From an uncultured Desulfobacter sp. (GTDB lineage Bacteria > Desulfobacterota > Desulfobacteria > Desulfobacterales > Desulfobacteraceae): 64,000 nt of DNA. The notes under the pieces were generated by a model. The model searched no databases. It saw only the letters and a program-made list of their open reading frames with translations, and was not told the DNA's origin. The stretch is taken from NCBI GenBank assembly GCA_963665095.1, contig OY762069.1:5376001-5440000 (forward strand), in the 5' to 3' direction. Positions within the stretch are counted from its first letter, which is position 1. The number at the start of each line of letters is the position of its first letter. A program made the position numbers and the translations under genes. Of the stretch, positions 19,903 to 29,601 are shown piece after piece.

Positions 19903-20913
19903 TTACCCCTTTTTCATCTTTTCGAGGATCATCTTGGAATTATTATCAAGGATATCTTCATCCCGGATGTTATAAATGAAATACCTGCAGTCATGGCAGA
20001 GTTCAATTTCCCTTCTTCTGCCCAGCAGGTGTTGTTTTCTAAATTCATTAAACCGGCTACTGTTCCATATGTTGTAAAGATCCTTTTTTTCAATATTTCC
20101 AAAAACAACGGTTTCATTATAATCCACACAACATGGGCACACATTCCCGTTTGCTGCTATCTGCATGGCATAAAATATCATGGAACAGACATTAATGGGC
20201 ATGGCCTCCTTACCATATATGGTCTCTTTGTAATTCAAGTTCATTGGTTCATAATCCACAGGTTTGAACTGGGGAATTATTCTCTCCACGTATGCCATGT
20301 CTGAAATCCCGTCGAACAGCACGTGGAAGTCCCTTTGGTCATTGTCACTGTCAAAAGCCATATCTACTATTTTTGCAAATACCAGACACTCCTTTCTATG
20401 CTTATACAGATACCTGATATTGTTCAGTAATTGTTCAAAATTAACCTTTGCTCCGGTGATGCTCTGGTATCCCTCATCAGTCATCGACTCCACAGATATA
20501 ATGAGTTCATCCAGACCGGCATTGACAAGCGCCTCTGACAGTTTCGGATGTAACAGTGAGGCATTTGTCGTAACAACAACCTTATCTGCTACATCCCGAT
20601 CTTTTGTCAGTTTGATCATATCCGGCAGCCTTTTATTTAATAAGGGTTCACCAATTCCGGTAAGTCCGATGCATTTGACCTTTTCAGGAAACTGGCTGAT
20701 CTGCTCTATAATGTTCTCAAATAATCTGTAATCCATGATTCTCGGCTTGAAACCAGATGATTTGAGCATGGCATCATCCAAGGCGTGAAAACAGAATTTG
20801 CATTTGAAATTGCAGGCACTGGCCACATCGATATTGATTTTATATGGTGTTTCCAGCGGCACGACATCTGAAAGGTTGTTCCGATCAAACTGATCCTTAC
20901 GGTTCTTTTTCAC
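19903..20913 (-). CDS. Radical SAM/twitch-SPASM protein, array paralogue 4
   Basis: RNNLSDVVPLETPY, CNFKCKFC, LTGIGEPLL, VC...PCCVD...CHDC; start is GTG 20913 or TTG 20925. Confidence 0.9.
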   Translation of the reverse strand: MKKNRKDQFDRNNLSDVVPLETPYKINIDVASACNFKCKFCFHALDDAMLKSSGFKPRIMDYRLFENIIEQISQFPEKVKCIGLTGIGEPLLNKRLPDMIKLTKDRDVADKVVVTTNASLLHPKLSEALVNAGLDELIISVESMTDEGYQSITGAKVNFEQLLNNIRYLYKHRKECLVFAKIVDMAFDSDNDQRDFHVLFDGISDMAYVERIIPQFKPVDYEPMNLNYKETIYGKEAMPINVCSMIFYAMQIAANGNVCPCCVDYNETVVFGNIEKKDLYNIWNSSRFNEFRKQHLLGRRREIELCHDCRYFIYNIRDEDILDNNSKMILEKMKKG

Positions 20914-20915
20914 TT

Positions 20916-21926
20916 TTATACCCAATTATTAAACGTTTCAATTAACCTGTCCGATGCGTCATCCAAAAGGTCGGATTCTTGGCTGTCATAATCCGGGGAT
21001 ACACAGGTTCCGCATTTGAAATGATCGAATCTCTTTTTTTTAAGATGCATAATTCTAAACTGATTCAACTGGTTGCCCCGCCAGACATCCCGCAATGCAT
21101 CCCTTTCAACATTCCCCAATAATATTTCCGGTATATAGTCCACAAGGCAGGGGCCGATAGCTCCATTGGAATGAACACACATATTGAAGAAGGGGCGGGT
21201 GCAGACATCAATAGGCCTGCCAAATTTGTTTAACCTTGACCGGTCCAGCACCATGTCCTCATAATTCACACGTTCGAATACCGGTACCACCTGTTCGACA
21301 TAGGCAAAATCACAGATCGGATCAAAAATTTCATGAAACTTTCTTACTTTATGCTCACTTTCCGTATAGGTTACGGTTTTGATAAAAAATTTGCAATTCC
21401 CCTTGTTTTGATAAAAATTCCGGATATTAGCCACAAGTTCACTAAAGTCAATTTCAGTCCCTGTAATTTCTTGATATTCACTCGAACTAACTCCTTCTAT
21501 TGATATCAGTATTTCATCCAGGCCTGCATGAACCAGTTTCCGATTCAGTTCGGGAGAGAATAGGGCGCCGTTGGTGGTAATATATGTTTTTTCTGTGATT
21601 CCCCGCTTTTTGGCCATGGCGACCATTTCTGGCAATTTGGCATTAAGCAGGGGTTCCCCCTTGATAAACAAGGAGAGCATTTTCAGCCGGTCCGGGAATT
21701 CTTCAATTGAATCGAGAATTTTTTCATATAAATCCATCGTCATTATTTTTTTTTCAAACCGGATATCATGCAGGGTAGCCTTGTCTATGGAGTGGTAGCA
21801 GAAATTGCATTTAAAATTGCAGGCAGAAGAAGGATCAACGTAAATAGTGAACGGGGTCTCAAGGGGCAGGGCATCCTTTAGTTGGATACGTTTTGTCAGG
21901 TCACGCCTGTTCTGAATCACGGCCAT
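20916..21926 (-). CDS. Radical SAM/twitch-SPASM protein, array paralogue 3
   Basis: RIQLKDALPLETPF, CNFKCNFC, FIKGEPLL, VC...PCLVD...CGTC. Confidence 0.9.
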   Translation of the reverse strand: MAVIQNRRDLTKRIQLKDALPLETPFTIYVDPSSACNFKCNFCYHSIDKATLHDIRFEKKIMTMDLYEKILDSIEEFPDRLKMLSLFIKGEPLLNAKLPEMVAMAKKRGITEKTYITTNGALFSPELNRKLVHAGLDEILISIEGVSSSEYQEITGTEIDFSELVANIRNFYQNKGNCKFFIKTVTYTESEHKVRKFHEIFDPICDFAYVEQVVPVFERVNYEDMVLDRSRLNKFGRPIDVCTRPFFNMCVHSNGAIGPCLVDYIPEILLGNVERDALRDVWRGNQLNQFRIMHLKKKRFDHFKCGTCVSPDYDSQESDLLDDASDRLIETFNNWV

Positions 21927-21940
21927 GGTTGCCTTTTTCC

Positions 21941-22954
21941 CTATTCAAAGTGCTTTATCAATTTATCTGCGGCATGATCAATAATATTTTCGTAGATTCC
22001 GCATGCACAGACAGAGATCCAGTTGCAGTCTTTGCAGACCGGGTGAAAATATCTTTTTTTTTTCAACTGCATCACACGGAATTGATTCATTTTCCGGCCC
22101 TTCCAGATATCCACGATGGATTCTTCCAGAATATTGCCGAAATAAATCTGTTTTGTGTAGTCCAGGTGGCAGGCTGTAATATCCCCGTTCCAGTTGACGT
22201 ACATATAATAAAAGGGCAGGTGGCAGACATGAATTTTTTCTTCCGGCGTCTCACCGATATAGTTTTTCTTTATATTTTTGGTATAGTCAACATTTCCATA
22301 AGCATTTGACGCATATTCAACAAAGGCCATATCTGAAATTGGATCAAATATTCTATGGAATGTATCCAGGTCTGTAACCCCGACATCAATAATTTTAGCA
22401 AAAATTTTGCAGTCTTTTCGGTTTTGGTAAAGATGCCTGATATTCTGGACAAGGCGATCAAAGTCTATGGATGTCCCTGTCAGTTCCAAATATTTTTCAG
22501 ATGATAGCCCTTCGATGGAAAGCATCACCTCGTCCAGACCCGAATCAATCAGAGCCATATTGATATCAGGATCAAGAAAAGCCCCATTGGTAAATATGGT
22601 GATTTTTTCTGCGATGTTGTGTTGTTTTGCATATTTGATCATCTCTGGAAGGTCCTTGTTCATCAGGGGCTCTCCAAATCCTGTAAATCGGAAGGCTTTG
22701 ACTTGGGGGGAAAACTTACTGACCTGATCTGCCAGGACTTTAAAGGTCTGACAAGACATGGTACCCGGATTAAACTGATCTTGCTTTAGCGCCTTCATCC
22801 CCCTAGAGTGGAAGCAGAATTTGCATTTAAAATTACAAAAATCAGAACAGGAAATCTGAATTAGATAAGGAGAATCCAAAGGGATCACATCCGCAAGCAT
22901 GTTTTTTTTATTCAGGTCTCTATAATCTTTAACTTCAGCGTCCATTAAAACCAC
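21941..22954 (-). CDS. Radical SAM/twitch-SPASM protein, array paralogue 2
   Basis: KNMLADVIPLDSPY, CNFKCKFC, FTGFGEPLM, VC...ACHLD...CKDC; alternative start ATG 22945. Confidence 0.9.
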   Translation of the reverse strand: MVLMDAEVKDYRDLNKKNMLADVIPLDSPYLIQISCSDFCNFKCKFCFHSRGMKALKQDQFNPGTMSCQTFKVLADQVSKFSPQVKAFRFTGFGEPLMNKDLPEMIKYAKQHNIAEKITIFTNGAFLDPDINMALIDSGLDEVMLSIEGLSSEKYLELTGTSIDFDRLVQNIRHLYQNRKDCKIFAKIIDVGVTDLDTFHRIFDPISDMAFVEYASNAYGNVDYTKNIKKNYIGETPEEKIHVCHLPFYYMYVNWNGDITACHLDYTKQIYFGNILEESIVDIWKGRKMNQFRVMQLKKKRYFHPVCKDCNWISVCACGIYENIIDHAADKLIKHFE

Positions 22955-23962
22955 CTATCCTTTATAGTGTTCAAGCAGTTTTGCAGCAGCCTGATCCAGA
23001 ATATCACTTTTGGAGGTGTAGCAGACATTGCCGGCACAAAATGAACAATAGTCGTGGTTCTTCCTCAGGCCTTTCAAATGCATGGTCCTAAACTGATTCA
23101 GCGCTTTTCCCTCCCATATATCAACTAAGCTGTCGCAGGTCACATTGCCCATGACAAGCTTTTCATTATAATCGGCATTGCATACTGAAACATTACCATT
23201 GGGGAAGATATGCATCTGAAAAAAGGGCTGGGGGCAGACCTCAACCTCCACAAACCGATCCCCTATAATGTTCAGTTGATAATCGGATTTGAGTGTTGCG
23301 TAGTCCACCCCTCTGAAACAGGGCACCATATATTCAACAGAGGCCTTATCACAGATAGGGTTAAAGATTTTATGAAACAGTTCTTCATCACCATCATCAT
23401 CCAGAGCATAATCAATAATTTTAACGTATAAAGAGGTGTCTTTTTTGCTGTTATTAAAATATTTTATATTTTCAACGAGTTGATCGAAATCTACCTTGGC
23501 CCCGCATATGGCCTTGTATTTCGGTCCGGAGAGCCCTTCCACAGATACCAGCATTTCATCCAGACCTGCACAAAGAAGCTGGTCTGTGATATCCGGTGTC
23601 AGCAGTGACCCGTTGGTGGAGATGTTTATTTGATCCGCAATGTCAGAGGCTTTGGCATAGCGGATCATTTCCGGCAGATGCTTGTTCATCAAGGCCTCTC
23701 CATGGCGTATAAGGCATAACCGCTTTAGTTTTGAAGGAAATCCCCTGATCTGATCCACGGCTGCCTTAAACAGGTCCATATTCATAAACCCAGGTGAGAA
23801 TCCCAGGGCATCAAGTGTTTTTCTTTTCAAAGAGTGGAAACAAAATTTACACCTGAAATTACAGGCGCTTGCAACATCAATATGGACCACAAAAGGGGTG
23901 TTCAGCGGCAACACATCCGCCAGCACGGATCTTTGGGTCAATCTCCTATGGTTATCTGCCAT
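22955..23962 (-). CDS. Radical SAM/twitch-SPASM protein, array paralogue 1
   Basis: RSVLADVLPLNTPF, CNFRCKFC, IRHGEALM, VC...VCNAD...CSFC; AAGGA RBS before ATG 23962 gives the family-typical 335 aa. Confidence 0.9.
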   Translation of the reverse strand: MADNHRRLTQRSVLADVLPLNTPFVVHIDVASACNFRCKFCFHSLKRKTLDALGFSPGFMNMDLFKAAVDQIRGFPSKLKRLCLIRHGEALMNKHLPEMIRYAKASDIADQINISTNGSLLTPDITDQLLCAGLDEMLVSVEGLSGPKYKAICGAKVDFDQLVENIKYFNNSKKDTSLYVKIIDYALDDDGDEELFHKIFNPICDKASVEYMVPCFRGVDYATLKSDYQLNIIGDRFVEVEVCPQPFFQMHIFPNGNVSVCNADYNEKLVMGNVTCDSLVDIWEGKALNQFRTMHLKGLRKNHDYCSFCAGNVCYTSKSDILDQAAAKLLEHYKG

Positions 23963-24105
23963 GATTTTTGTATCCTTCACGTGCTGCCTGTGCAGTACAC
24001 TGGCATACATTACGATTTCCATTGTGTAATCATGTTGCCGGATATAAGGCTTGCAGCCTAAATTCCTACTATCCACCAACAATGATGTGACATTTTTAAT
24101 TTATG

Positions 24106-25245
24106 CTATGTGCCAGTGACATACAGAATCGTTTCTTGATTAAAATGCTCATATGCCCTTAAATAAAAGCGATAATCCTTGTTTAAACTGCGCAGCAGCA
24201 ACGGTATCTGCCATAAGTGTTCAATATCGTGATACACGGATATGGCCAGGTCCGGTTTGCATCTCTTTATAATATCGGCAGCTCCCTTTATGGCTTCAAT
24301 CTCAGCCCCCTCAATATCCATCTTTATAAATGAAGGATTCCAGTTCAAAAGGATCTCATCCAGTGTTACACATTCCAGGGACATATTGCCTAAATTTGAG
24401 ATATGGGCGTTGTGGCCCTGCGCATGCTCAAAAAAAAGTATTTGGGATGATGACCAGAGTCCCTTTTGATACAAAGAGATACTTTCGGCCATAGAAGATT
24501 TGTTTTGGGTGATATGGGCTTTTAATTGCTTAAAATTTTTGGAATCCGGCTCAAAAGCAACTATTTTTTTTACTTTCCCCACATGGGTAGTCAACGCTTC
24601 TAACGTATCCCCTGTATATGCGCCGCAGTCAATAAAAGAATCATACCCTTTCTGCATTTTGATATCATTGGGAAAATACTGGCCCGGATCAATCTGCGAG
24701 GCGGTGTCATGCTTCCGGGTTACATAGCAGGCAATGCATCGGTGATAAATATCCAGACTTTTTGAATCAGACCAGAGATCTGACACGTTAAGTATGTAAT
24801 CTTTTTCCTTGATCAGGGAGAAGAGTTCCTGACGGTTTGACCAGCACCCGTAGTGCCAGATGCCGTTCATGGACATCCAGTTGACAAAACCATTTTTAGT
24901 TAGAAGGCTGCCCACGGTCTCCTGAATTTCAAGCCGGACGGCGATGAGGACAAAAGTCTGTTTTTTTTCTTCTTGACTGACCTCATACTGATCCAGGCTG
25001 AAAACAGGAATTTGATCTACCTTTTTTAACTTTTCTGCTTTTTTATCGAAAAAGCCCTGGACGATTATGCCGTATTCACCAAGCAGGCGGCAAAGATTGA
25101 CACCCCATCCTCCTGCCCCATAAATAAATATCTTTTTTTTTGACTTCAGTTGGCAGATGATGGCATCAAACTTTTGAACACTTCCGCCAAAAGACTGTTC
25201 TGTGATAAGATGGTTTAATTTTTCTTTTGTTTTTTTTTCGTTCAT
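24106..25245 (-). CDS. FkbM-family methyltransferase (paralogue of 11245-12375)
   Basis: IFIYGAGG; FIDCGAYTGDT; FEPD; FIKMDIEGAE; ISVYH. Confidence 0.88.
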   Translation of the reverse strand: MNEKKTKEKLNHLITEQSFGGSVQKFDAIICQLKSKKKIFIYGAGGWGVNLCRLLGEYGIIVQGFFDKKAEKLKKVDQIPVFSLDQYEVSQEEKKQTFVLIAVRLEIQETVGSLLTKNGFVNWMSMNGIWHYGCWSNRQELFSLIKEKDYILNVSDLWSDSKSLDIYHRCIACYVTRKHDTASQIDPGQYFPNDIKMQKGYDSFIDCGAYTGDTLEALTTHVGKVKKIVAFEPDSKNFKQLKAHITQNKSSMAESISLYQKGLWSSSQILFFEHAQGHNAHISNLGNMSLECVTLDEILLNWNPSFIKMDIEGAEIEAIKGAADIIKRCKPDLAISVYHDIEHLWQIPLLLRSLNKDYRFYLRAYEHFNQETILYVTGT

Positions 25246-25289
25246 GTCTTTACGTTAGTTCTCAGAATATCGGCGCCATAAATTAAGTT

Positions 25290-26024
25290 TTATTTAATCC
25301 GTCTGAGATAGCCATTTGGAGCAGCTGTGATAACCGCCTTGCTGTTAAGCAGTTCATCTCTAACAAAGCAGTTATTCTCCTTGAAATAGGCCTCTATGGC
25401 TGTCATCGGGTTATCCCCCTTATCCCAAGGTCGGTCACTGCAATATCCCTTTGGAAAAAGTTCAATGCATGTATCAAAGACAACCATATATGAACCTATA
25501 TTAACAAGCCGGCCATATGCTCTCATCTCCTCGAGGACATGATCATGGGAGTGGTTGGAGTCCAGAAAGACCATAATTTTCTCCTTGCCCCTTGCGAGCT
25601 CGTATACCTGCTTGATGATTTTTGAATCAACTGAAGAACCTTCAAGCATTGTGATTCGTTTCATCATGGGATGGTTTTCAATTTCAATCCGGTTATGCTG
25701 ACGGATATCAATGTCAATTCCGACTACCTGTCCGTCATTGCCAAGCAACTCTAACATTGAGGCTGAAAAAATAAGACTCCCGCCATGGGCAATACCTGTC
25801 TCAATGATAAGATTTGGTTTAACCTGCCATATCAACTCTTGTATAGTAAACATATCAGTAGGAAACTGAATAATAGGTCTGCCCATCCAGGTAAAGTTAT
25901 ATCCATATTTATGTTCATTGGAATTTAATATCCATTTTAAAGAGAGCTTATTGAATTCTTCATCTTTTCCCATTTTTAATATGGCTTGATGACGTTCTTC
26001 TAAAAATTCCTTATTGGGGTCCAT
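25290..26024 (-). CDS. Cephalosporin hydroxylase (CmcI)/rhamnosyl O-methyltransferase family protein
   Basis: YNFTWMGRPIIQFPTD, QELIWQVKPNLIIETGIAHGGS, LDSNHSHDHVLEE, RPWDKGDNP; GGAG RBS before ATG 26024. Confidence 0.88.
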   Translation of the reverse strand: MDPNKEFLEERHQAILKMGKDEEFNKLSLKWILNSNEHKYGYNFTWMGRPIIQFPTDMFTIQELIWQVKPNLIIETGIAHGGSLIFSASMLELLGNDGQVVGIDIDIRQHNRIEIENHPMMKRITMLEGSSVDSKIIKQVYELARGKEKIMVFLDSNHSHDHVLEEMRAYGRLVNIGSYMVVFDTCIELFPKGYCSDRPWDKGDNPMTAIEAYFKENNCFVRDELLNSKAVITAAPNGYLRRIK

Positions 26025-26049
26025 GATGAATTTCTCCGATATAATAATG

Positions 26050-27189
26050 TTAAGTAGCAAACGAACGAGCGACTTCTAACTGCACCTCTGCCTCCCGCTT
26101 TCGCCCCATCTTTTTTAGACAAAATGACCGTCCCATATGAATTCCACTGTGATTTTTCATAAATTGTGCTGTCCTCTCCAATCTGTCCAATAAAAGACCG
26201 GCATAAATTTTATCAATTTGATTTTGTATATTTTTGTCTGGGTGTTTTTCCGGACTTCCATTCCAGGTTTCTGTGAACCTGCCTTCTTTTGCAAGGTTTA
26301 CGGCTCGGTTAACCTCAAAATCAATGTTTGCAGAAAAACGTTGCTTGTAGGTATCATATGTGTATTGAGCGAGATGTAGCTTTGTTGCTCTGGGTAAAGT
26401 TGATGTAAAAACGCGTCTTACATGTTCCTGAATACTTTCACTTGTAGGGAGAGTAACTCCATCTGACATGTAATCTGTATTAGGAAAAGAGACTCTTTCG
26501 GTGAGTGCTAAAGTCTCATGCCATGGCAATACATGTTCCCCCCGACGACGAATAAATAAAAATTCTGGGATCTGAATAACTTTTCCACTTAAAACAATGT
26601 TGGTTAAGAATTGTGCATCCGTAAATGCAATCAAATTGGTTGAATAACCGTTAATCGGAGGATTTTGCAGCAAAACATTGCGTCTGAAAAGACCATAAAT
26701 CATATTGCCTAAGTCAAGATGAGCGATCAGGCTTTTATATCTTTCTGCAGGATCTTCATAATCTAACCGGTAGGAATCACGATAAGGATATCTTTGGCCA
26801 GTCTTACTATCGAGTACTTCTGTATAAGTATAGGATAGTTCGGCTTGGGGGTCTGAATCAAGGGCTTCTACGCACCTTGATACCATTTCCGGTCTGCGAT
26901 AATCATCTGCAGCCGCCCACATAAAATAGTCTGCTTTTGCAAGCATAACGGTGAGTCTAAAATTTTCACCACCAAGATTGTGTGTATTTCTATGGTACCT
27001 TATTCTCGGATCTTTGCTTGCAGCAGTCCTGCATATCTTTTCAGTCCCATCATCAGAGGCATTATCACAGATGATTAATTCAAAATCAGTAAATGTTTGA
27101 CTTAGTATTGTATCAATCGCCTCTTTGACAGTATCGTCCATATTGTAAACAGGCATTCCGATACTAACTTTTGGCACATGGTGGGTCAT
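26050..27189 (-). CDS. GT2-family glycosyltransferase with C-terminal helical extension
   Basis: VSIGMPVYN, IICDNASDD, YFMWAAADD. Confidence 0.88.
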   Translation of the reverse strand: MTHHVPKVSIGMPVYNMDDTVKEAIDTILSQTFTDFELIICDNASDDGTEKICRTAASKDPRIRYHRNTHNLGGENFRLTVMLAKADYFMWAAADDYRRPEMVSRCVEALDSDPQAELSYTYTEVLDSKTGQRYPYRDSYRLDYEDPAERYKSLIAHLDLGNMIYGLFRRNVLLQNPPINGYSTNLIAFTDAQFLTNIVLSGKVIQIPEFLFIRRRGEHVLPWHETLALTERVSFPNTDYMSDGVTLPTSESIQEHVRRVFTSTLPRATKLHLAQYTYDTYKQRFSANIDFEVNRAVNLAKEGRFTETWNGSPEKHPDKNIQNQIDKIYAGLLLDRLERTAQFMKNHSGIHMGRSFCLKKMGRKREAEVQLEVARSFAT

Positions 27190-27227
27190 AGTCTGTTCCC
27201 TTAAGGTAAAACCAAGGCTGGCTGGCC

Positions 27228-28205
27228 TTAGTCACTAACATAAATAATTTTACTGCCCTGGGGCTCAAACAGAAATGGAATTTCCTTAAGATCCGCCATG
27301 GCCTTTCTGACACTTTCCTGTTTATCCAACTCACAATAAAAAAGCAGGAAGCCACCGCCACCGGCACCAAGTATTTTCCCGCCAGTTGCCCCTGCATCAA
27401 TAGCCGTTTGATAATATTGATCAATAATTGAGCTTGTGATTTTGCTTGCTAACTGTTTCTTATACCCCCATCCTTGATGAAGAATTTTTCCAATAGAACT
27501 TGAGCCATTAATGATGGTTTCTCTCAGTGAGTTTGCTAAGTTGACCATTTTGTCAAGAAATTCATTATTAATATCAATATTATCCCATTGTTCCTTAAGG
27601 ACATGGGAAGATATTCGTTCTATACCTGTATAAAAAAGAAGAAGTTTTTGATTTAACTCTGTTTTGACATTTTTTTTAGATATAAGAGGATTAACAAATA
27701 CACTTTCATCATTGTTGAACTGAATATAATTAAACCCGCCATAGGCTGCTGCATATTGATCCTGCTTTCCAATTGGGTCTCCAAGTATATCAATTTCAAT
27801 TTCACACGCTTTTTGAGCAAGATGTTCAGCAGACACATGCTGCCCCTTATAGGCATACAATGCATTAAGGACGCCAACGGCAAGACTGCTTGAGGACCCA
27901 AGGCCGACGCCGGCAGAGCCAAGGGGGATATCACCCATATAAACGACCTCAATCCCTTTATTTATACCGACTATTTTCAATGCTTCACGGATAATGTTGT
28001 GCTCAATGAGATCTACAGACTCAACCATTTCGGATTTGGAGTAGCTGACTCTGATCAAGTCATCAAATTTTTTGTTCACTGTAATATAAATATATTTGTC
28101 TATTGCAGTGCTTACCACAGATCCATGTCCTCTTTTATAATATACGGCAAGATCTGATCCCCCGCCTGCAAAACTTATTCTCATCGGAGTCCTTGATATA
28201 ATCAT
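27228..28205 (-). CDS. hddA: GHMP kinase, D-glycero-D-manno-heptose 7-phosphate kinase type
   Basis: RTPMRISFAGGGSD, GLGSSSS, IGKQDQYAAAYGG, GGKILGAGGGGF. Confidence 0.85.
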   Translation of the reverse strand: MIISRTPMRISFAGGGSDLAVYYKRGHGSVVSTAIDKYIYITVNKKFDDLIRVSYSKSEMVESVDLIEHNIIREALKIVGINKGIEVVYMGDIPLGSAGVGLGSSSSLAVGVLNALYAYKGQHVSAEHLAQKACEIEIDILGDPIGKQDQYAAAYGGFNYIQFNNDESVFVNPLISKKNVKTELNQKLLLFYTGIERISSHVLKEQWDNIDINNEFLDKMVNLANSLRETIINGSSSIGKILHQGWGYKKQLASKITSSIIDQYYQTAIDAGATGGKILGAGGGGFLLFYCELDKQESVRKAMADLKEIPFLFEPQGSKIIYVSD

Positions 28206-29131
28206 TGCTTCTCCGTATCGTCATTACGTTTGATTTTTTTAGTTTTCTGTAATCCAGAATCTAAGTCATGCTCAGGCTTCCATCCGGTATGGTTTGAAAT
28301 TTTAGTAATATCAGCCCAGAAATTAGTTTGATTATTCATATCATCAATTCTTGTTGAATTGGTGGTGTTAAAAATACCATCTTGTTCAGATGAGATTTCT
28401 TCCATTTTAAAAATTGTTTGCATAACTTCAAGAATTTCGGTTGAATAACCCGATCCCACATTGTACACAGTTCCATCAGGTTTTTCTTCAATAACTTTTC
28501 TTATTGCGTTTGCAACATCGTCAACGTAAACGAAATCGTTTTGGTTGTGCGGTGTTTTGCACTGAGGCGCTACTCCTTTTTCTATTGAATCCAGTATATG
28601 AGGTATTAGAGAAGATTGGCGCTGACCAGGCCCATATACATAAAATAATCTAAGCCAATAAAATTTCCCTCCATTTTGATGAGTTATGGCTTCACCATAA
28701 AATCTGAGTGCCGTTTTTACGGCAGGGAAAACAGATTGTGTATCAAGTCTTTCATTTTCCGAAAGACTTCCTTGCTTTTGAGAATATTCCCAACAGGTTC
28801 CTGTGGACAGGATATTTGAGCAACCGGCATTAACAGATGCAGTGAAAAGGTTAATTCCATACTCAAGATTTTTTTTGCAAAGCTTTATTGAATAATTCGG
28901 CAAGCCTTCCCATGCAAGGTGGATAAGAAAGTCAGGCTTATACTTTTTGATGCATTTTTCAATTTTTTGGGGTTCCCCGAGGTCGGCTTTTATATATTCT
29001 ATATTGTTTGTATCTTGGTTACCCTCAGTAAAATCTCTTGTAAGCAGACACAGCTTGTGGCCCTGCTTTAAAAGTACCTTTGTCAAGGCCTTACCGATAA
29101 AGCCTGTGCCTCCGGTAATAAAGACTTTCAC
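28202..29131 (-). CDS. NAD-dependent epimerase/reductase (extended SDR, nucleotide-sugar 4-reductase-like)
   Basis: ITGGTGFIG, HLAW, GTCWEY, LRLFYVYGPGQ, DFVYVDDVA; YxxxK is altered to FPAVK. Confidence 0.82.
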   Translation of the reverse strand: MKVFITGGTGFIGKALTKVLLKQGHKLCLLTRDFTEGNQDTNNIEYIKADLGEPQKIEKCIKKYKPDFLIHLAWEGLPNYSIKLCKKNLEYGINLFTASVNAGCSNILSTGTCWEYSQKQGSLSENERLDTQSVFPAVKTALRFYGEAITHQNGGKFYWLRLFYVYGPGQRQSSLIPHILDSIEKGVAPQCKTPHNQNDFVYVDDVANAIRKVIEEKPDGTVYNVGSGYSTEILEVMQTIFKMEEISSEQDGIFNTTNSTRIDDMNNQTNFWADITKISNHTGWKPEHDLDSGLQKTKKIKRNDDTEKQ

Positions 29132-29133
29132 TT

Positions 29134-29601
29134 CTAAAAGTCTCCCCTGTTCCAATTATATAGTATTTCATCTGACTGGGGATTGATTCTGCGATATTTC
29201 AAATTGGGGTCATGGGGTTCGGAAGCAACATTAACCATAATTGAAAAAGGATCACCAATGCCCTGTGAGGCATTGGCAATTCCTGGCGGTATATGAATCA
29301 GGCAATAGTTATCGTCGCCATGGCAAATTTCTTGAAAAACGCCTTTAGTTGGAGAGTTGTCCCGCATATCATAAAGCACAAGTTTGATCATGCCAAAAAC
29401 GCAGATATAATTTAAAATAAGCTTTTCATGAACATGCCAGCCATTAATGATATTAACGTAAAGTTTTTTAAAATAGACTTCTCCAAACTCGTTAAGGATA
29501 TTATCTTTTCTAACGCCATGCATAATTGTTCCCCTTGAGTCGGCAAATTTTTTTAATGGGCGGACAACTACCCCATCAATTGTACTATTTGCGCTTGCCA
29601 C
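29134..29601 (-). CDS. RmlC-like cupin, NDP-4-keto-6-deoxysugar 3,5-epimerase family
   Basis: IDGVVV..L..FADSRG, FGEVY, GWHVH, VLYDMRDNSPT, IHIPPGI. Confidence 0.82.
   Translation of the reverse strand: MASANSTIDGVVVRPLKKFADSRGTIMHGVRKDNILNEFGEVYFKKLYVNIINGWHVHEKLILNYICVFGMIKLVLYDMRDNSPTKGVFQEICHGDDNYCLIHIPPGIANASQGIGDPFSIMVNVASEPHDPNLKYRRINPQSDEILYNWNRGDF

Noticed and set aside
23963..24105. RiPP precursor peptide for the radical SAM/SPASM array (e.g. tiny minus-strand ORF MSHHCWWIVGI)
   Set aside because: No RBS, no leader/core structure, no repeats, and no RRE, peptidase or transporter in the cluster; other gaps hold only paralogue remnants or short spacers.
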